Below are positions 25,260-25,526 of a stretch of DNA of 25,526 bases, in pieces. Made by a program: the position numbers and the translations under genes. How positions within the stretch are numbered: position 1 is the first letter of the stretch; each line of letters starts with the position of its first letter. Origin of the DNA: a virus (taxonomy: Duplodnaviria > Caudoviricetes); the IMG/VR virus record IMGVR_UViG_3300037237_000333, positions 1-25,526 of that record; one strand, written 5' to 3'. The notes below the pieces were generated by a model. It was not told where the DNA came from and did not search any database. It worked only from the letters and a program-made list of their open reading frames with translations.

Positions 25260-25526
25260 GAGGGTTTAAGGAGGCCGATCACCCGCGCGGCCAGGCCGAC
25301 GCCGTCGCCCTAGACCGCGCCGCGCTGGAGAACCGCACCGTATCGAAGGACGGCCACCTCCACGTCGCGAAGAGCCATATCTCGAAGGCGCAGGTTTCCG
25401 AGTACAAGGGCGCGGAGATCCCCGGTGCCGAGGCCCTCGGACTCGACCCGGGGAAGACCTACCGCCTCCTTCGCGACCCGGCCGAGCTCGCGAAGGCGGC
25501 GAAGACGTTCGATAACCTACCGATCC
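25256..25526 (+). CDS. DUF2213 head protein (putative maturation protease/scaffold), N-terminal part
   Basis: Translated by hand from GTG 25256: [87 protein letters not shown]. Confidence 0.88.
   Translation, partial: MRGFKEADHPRGQADAVALDRAALENRTVSKDGHLHVAKSHISKAQVSEYKGAEIPGAEALGLDPGKTYRLLRDPAELAKAAKTFDNLPI

Overview
A high-GC (~70%) tailed dsDNA phage segment; the host is probably alphaproteobacterial (inferred). The left arm (minus strand, 1-16130) is an early/replication module: PD-(D/E)XK exonuclease, N6-adenine MTase, family A DNA polymerase, putative SSB, DUF6011, DUF3310, class II ribonucleotide reductase and Toprim primase-helicase. It is driven by a repeated TTTACA-N17-TAnnnT promoter and interrupted by an inverted island of small secreted/membrane genes. 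A GTAAC/GTTAC iteron cluster with an AT-rich core (probable origin) sits where the two arms diverge. The right arm (plus strand) carries a NusG paralog, TerS, TerL, portal, MuF and the start of a DUF2213 head protein. The most striking part is the head module. The portal is fused in frame to an R-S-ExE ADP-ribosyltransferase (ART) domain and is followed by a second, paralogous ART protein. Each ART gene is followed by an identically coupled short acidic peptide (candidate immunity). A F/W-x-E-x2-HPRG motif occurs in the portal, the second ART protein and DUF2213. An exact in-frame 18-bp repeat flanks the AT-rich first ART cassette. Together these suggest a portal-borne, virion-loaded, cassette-swappable ART effector system. 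All calls come from reading motifs by eye; no database searches were run.
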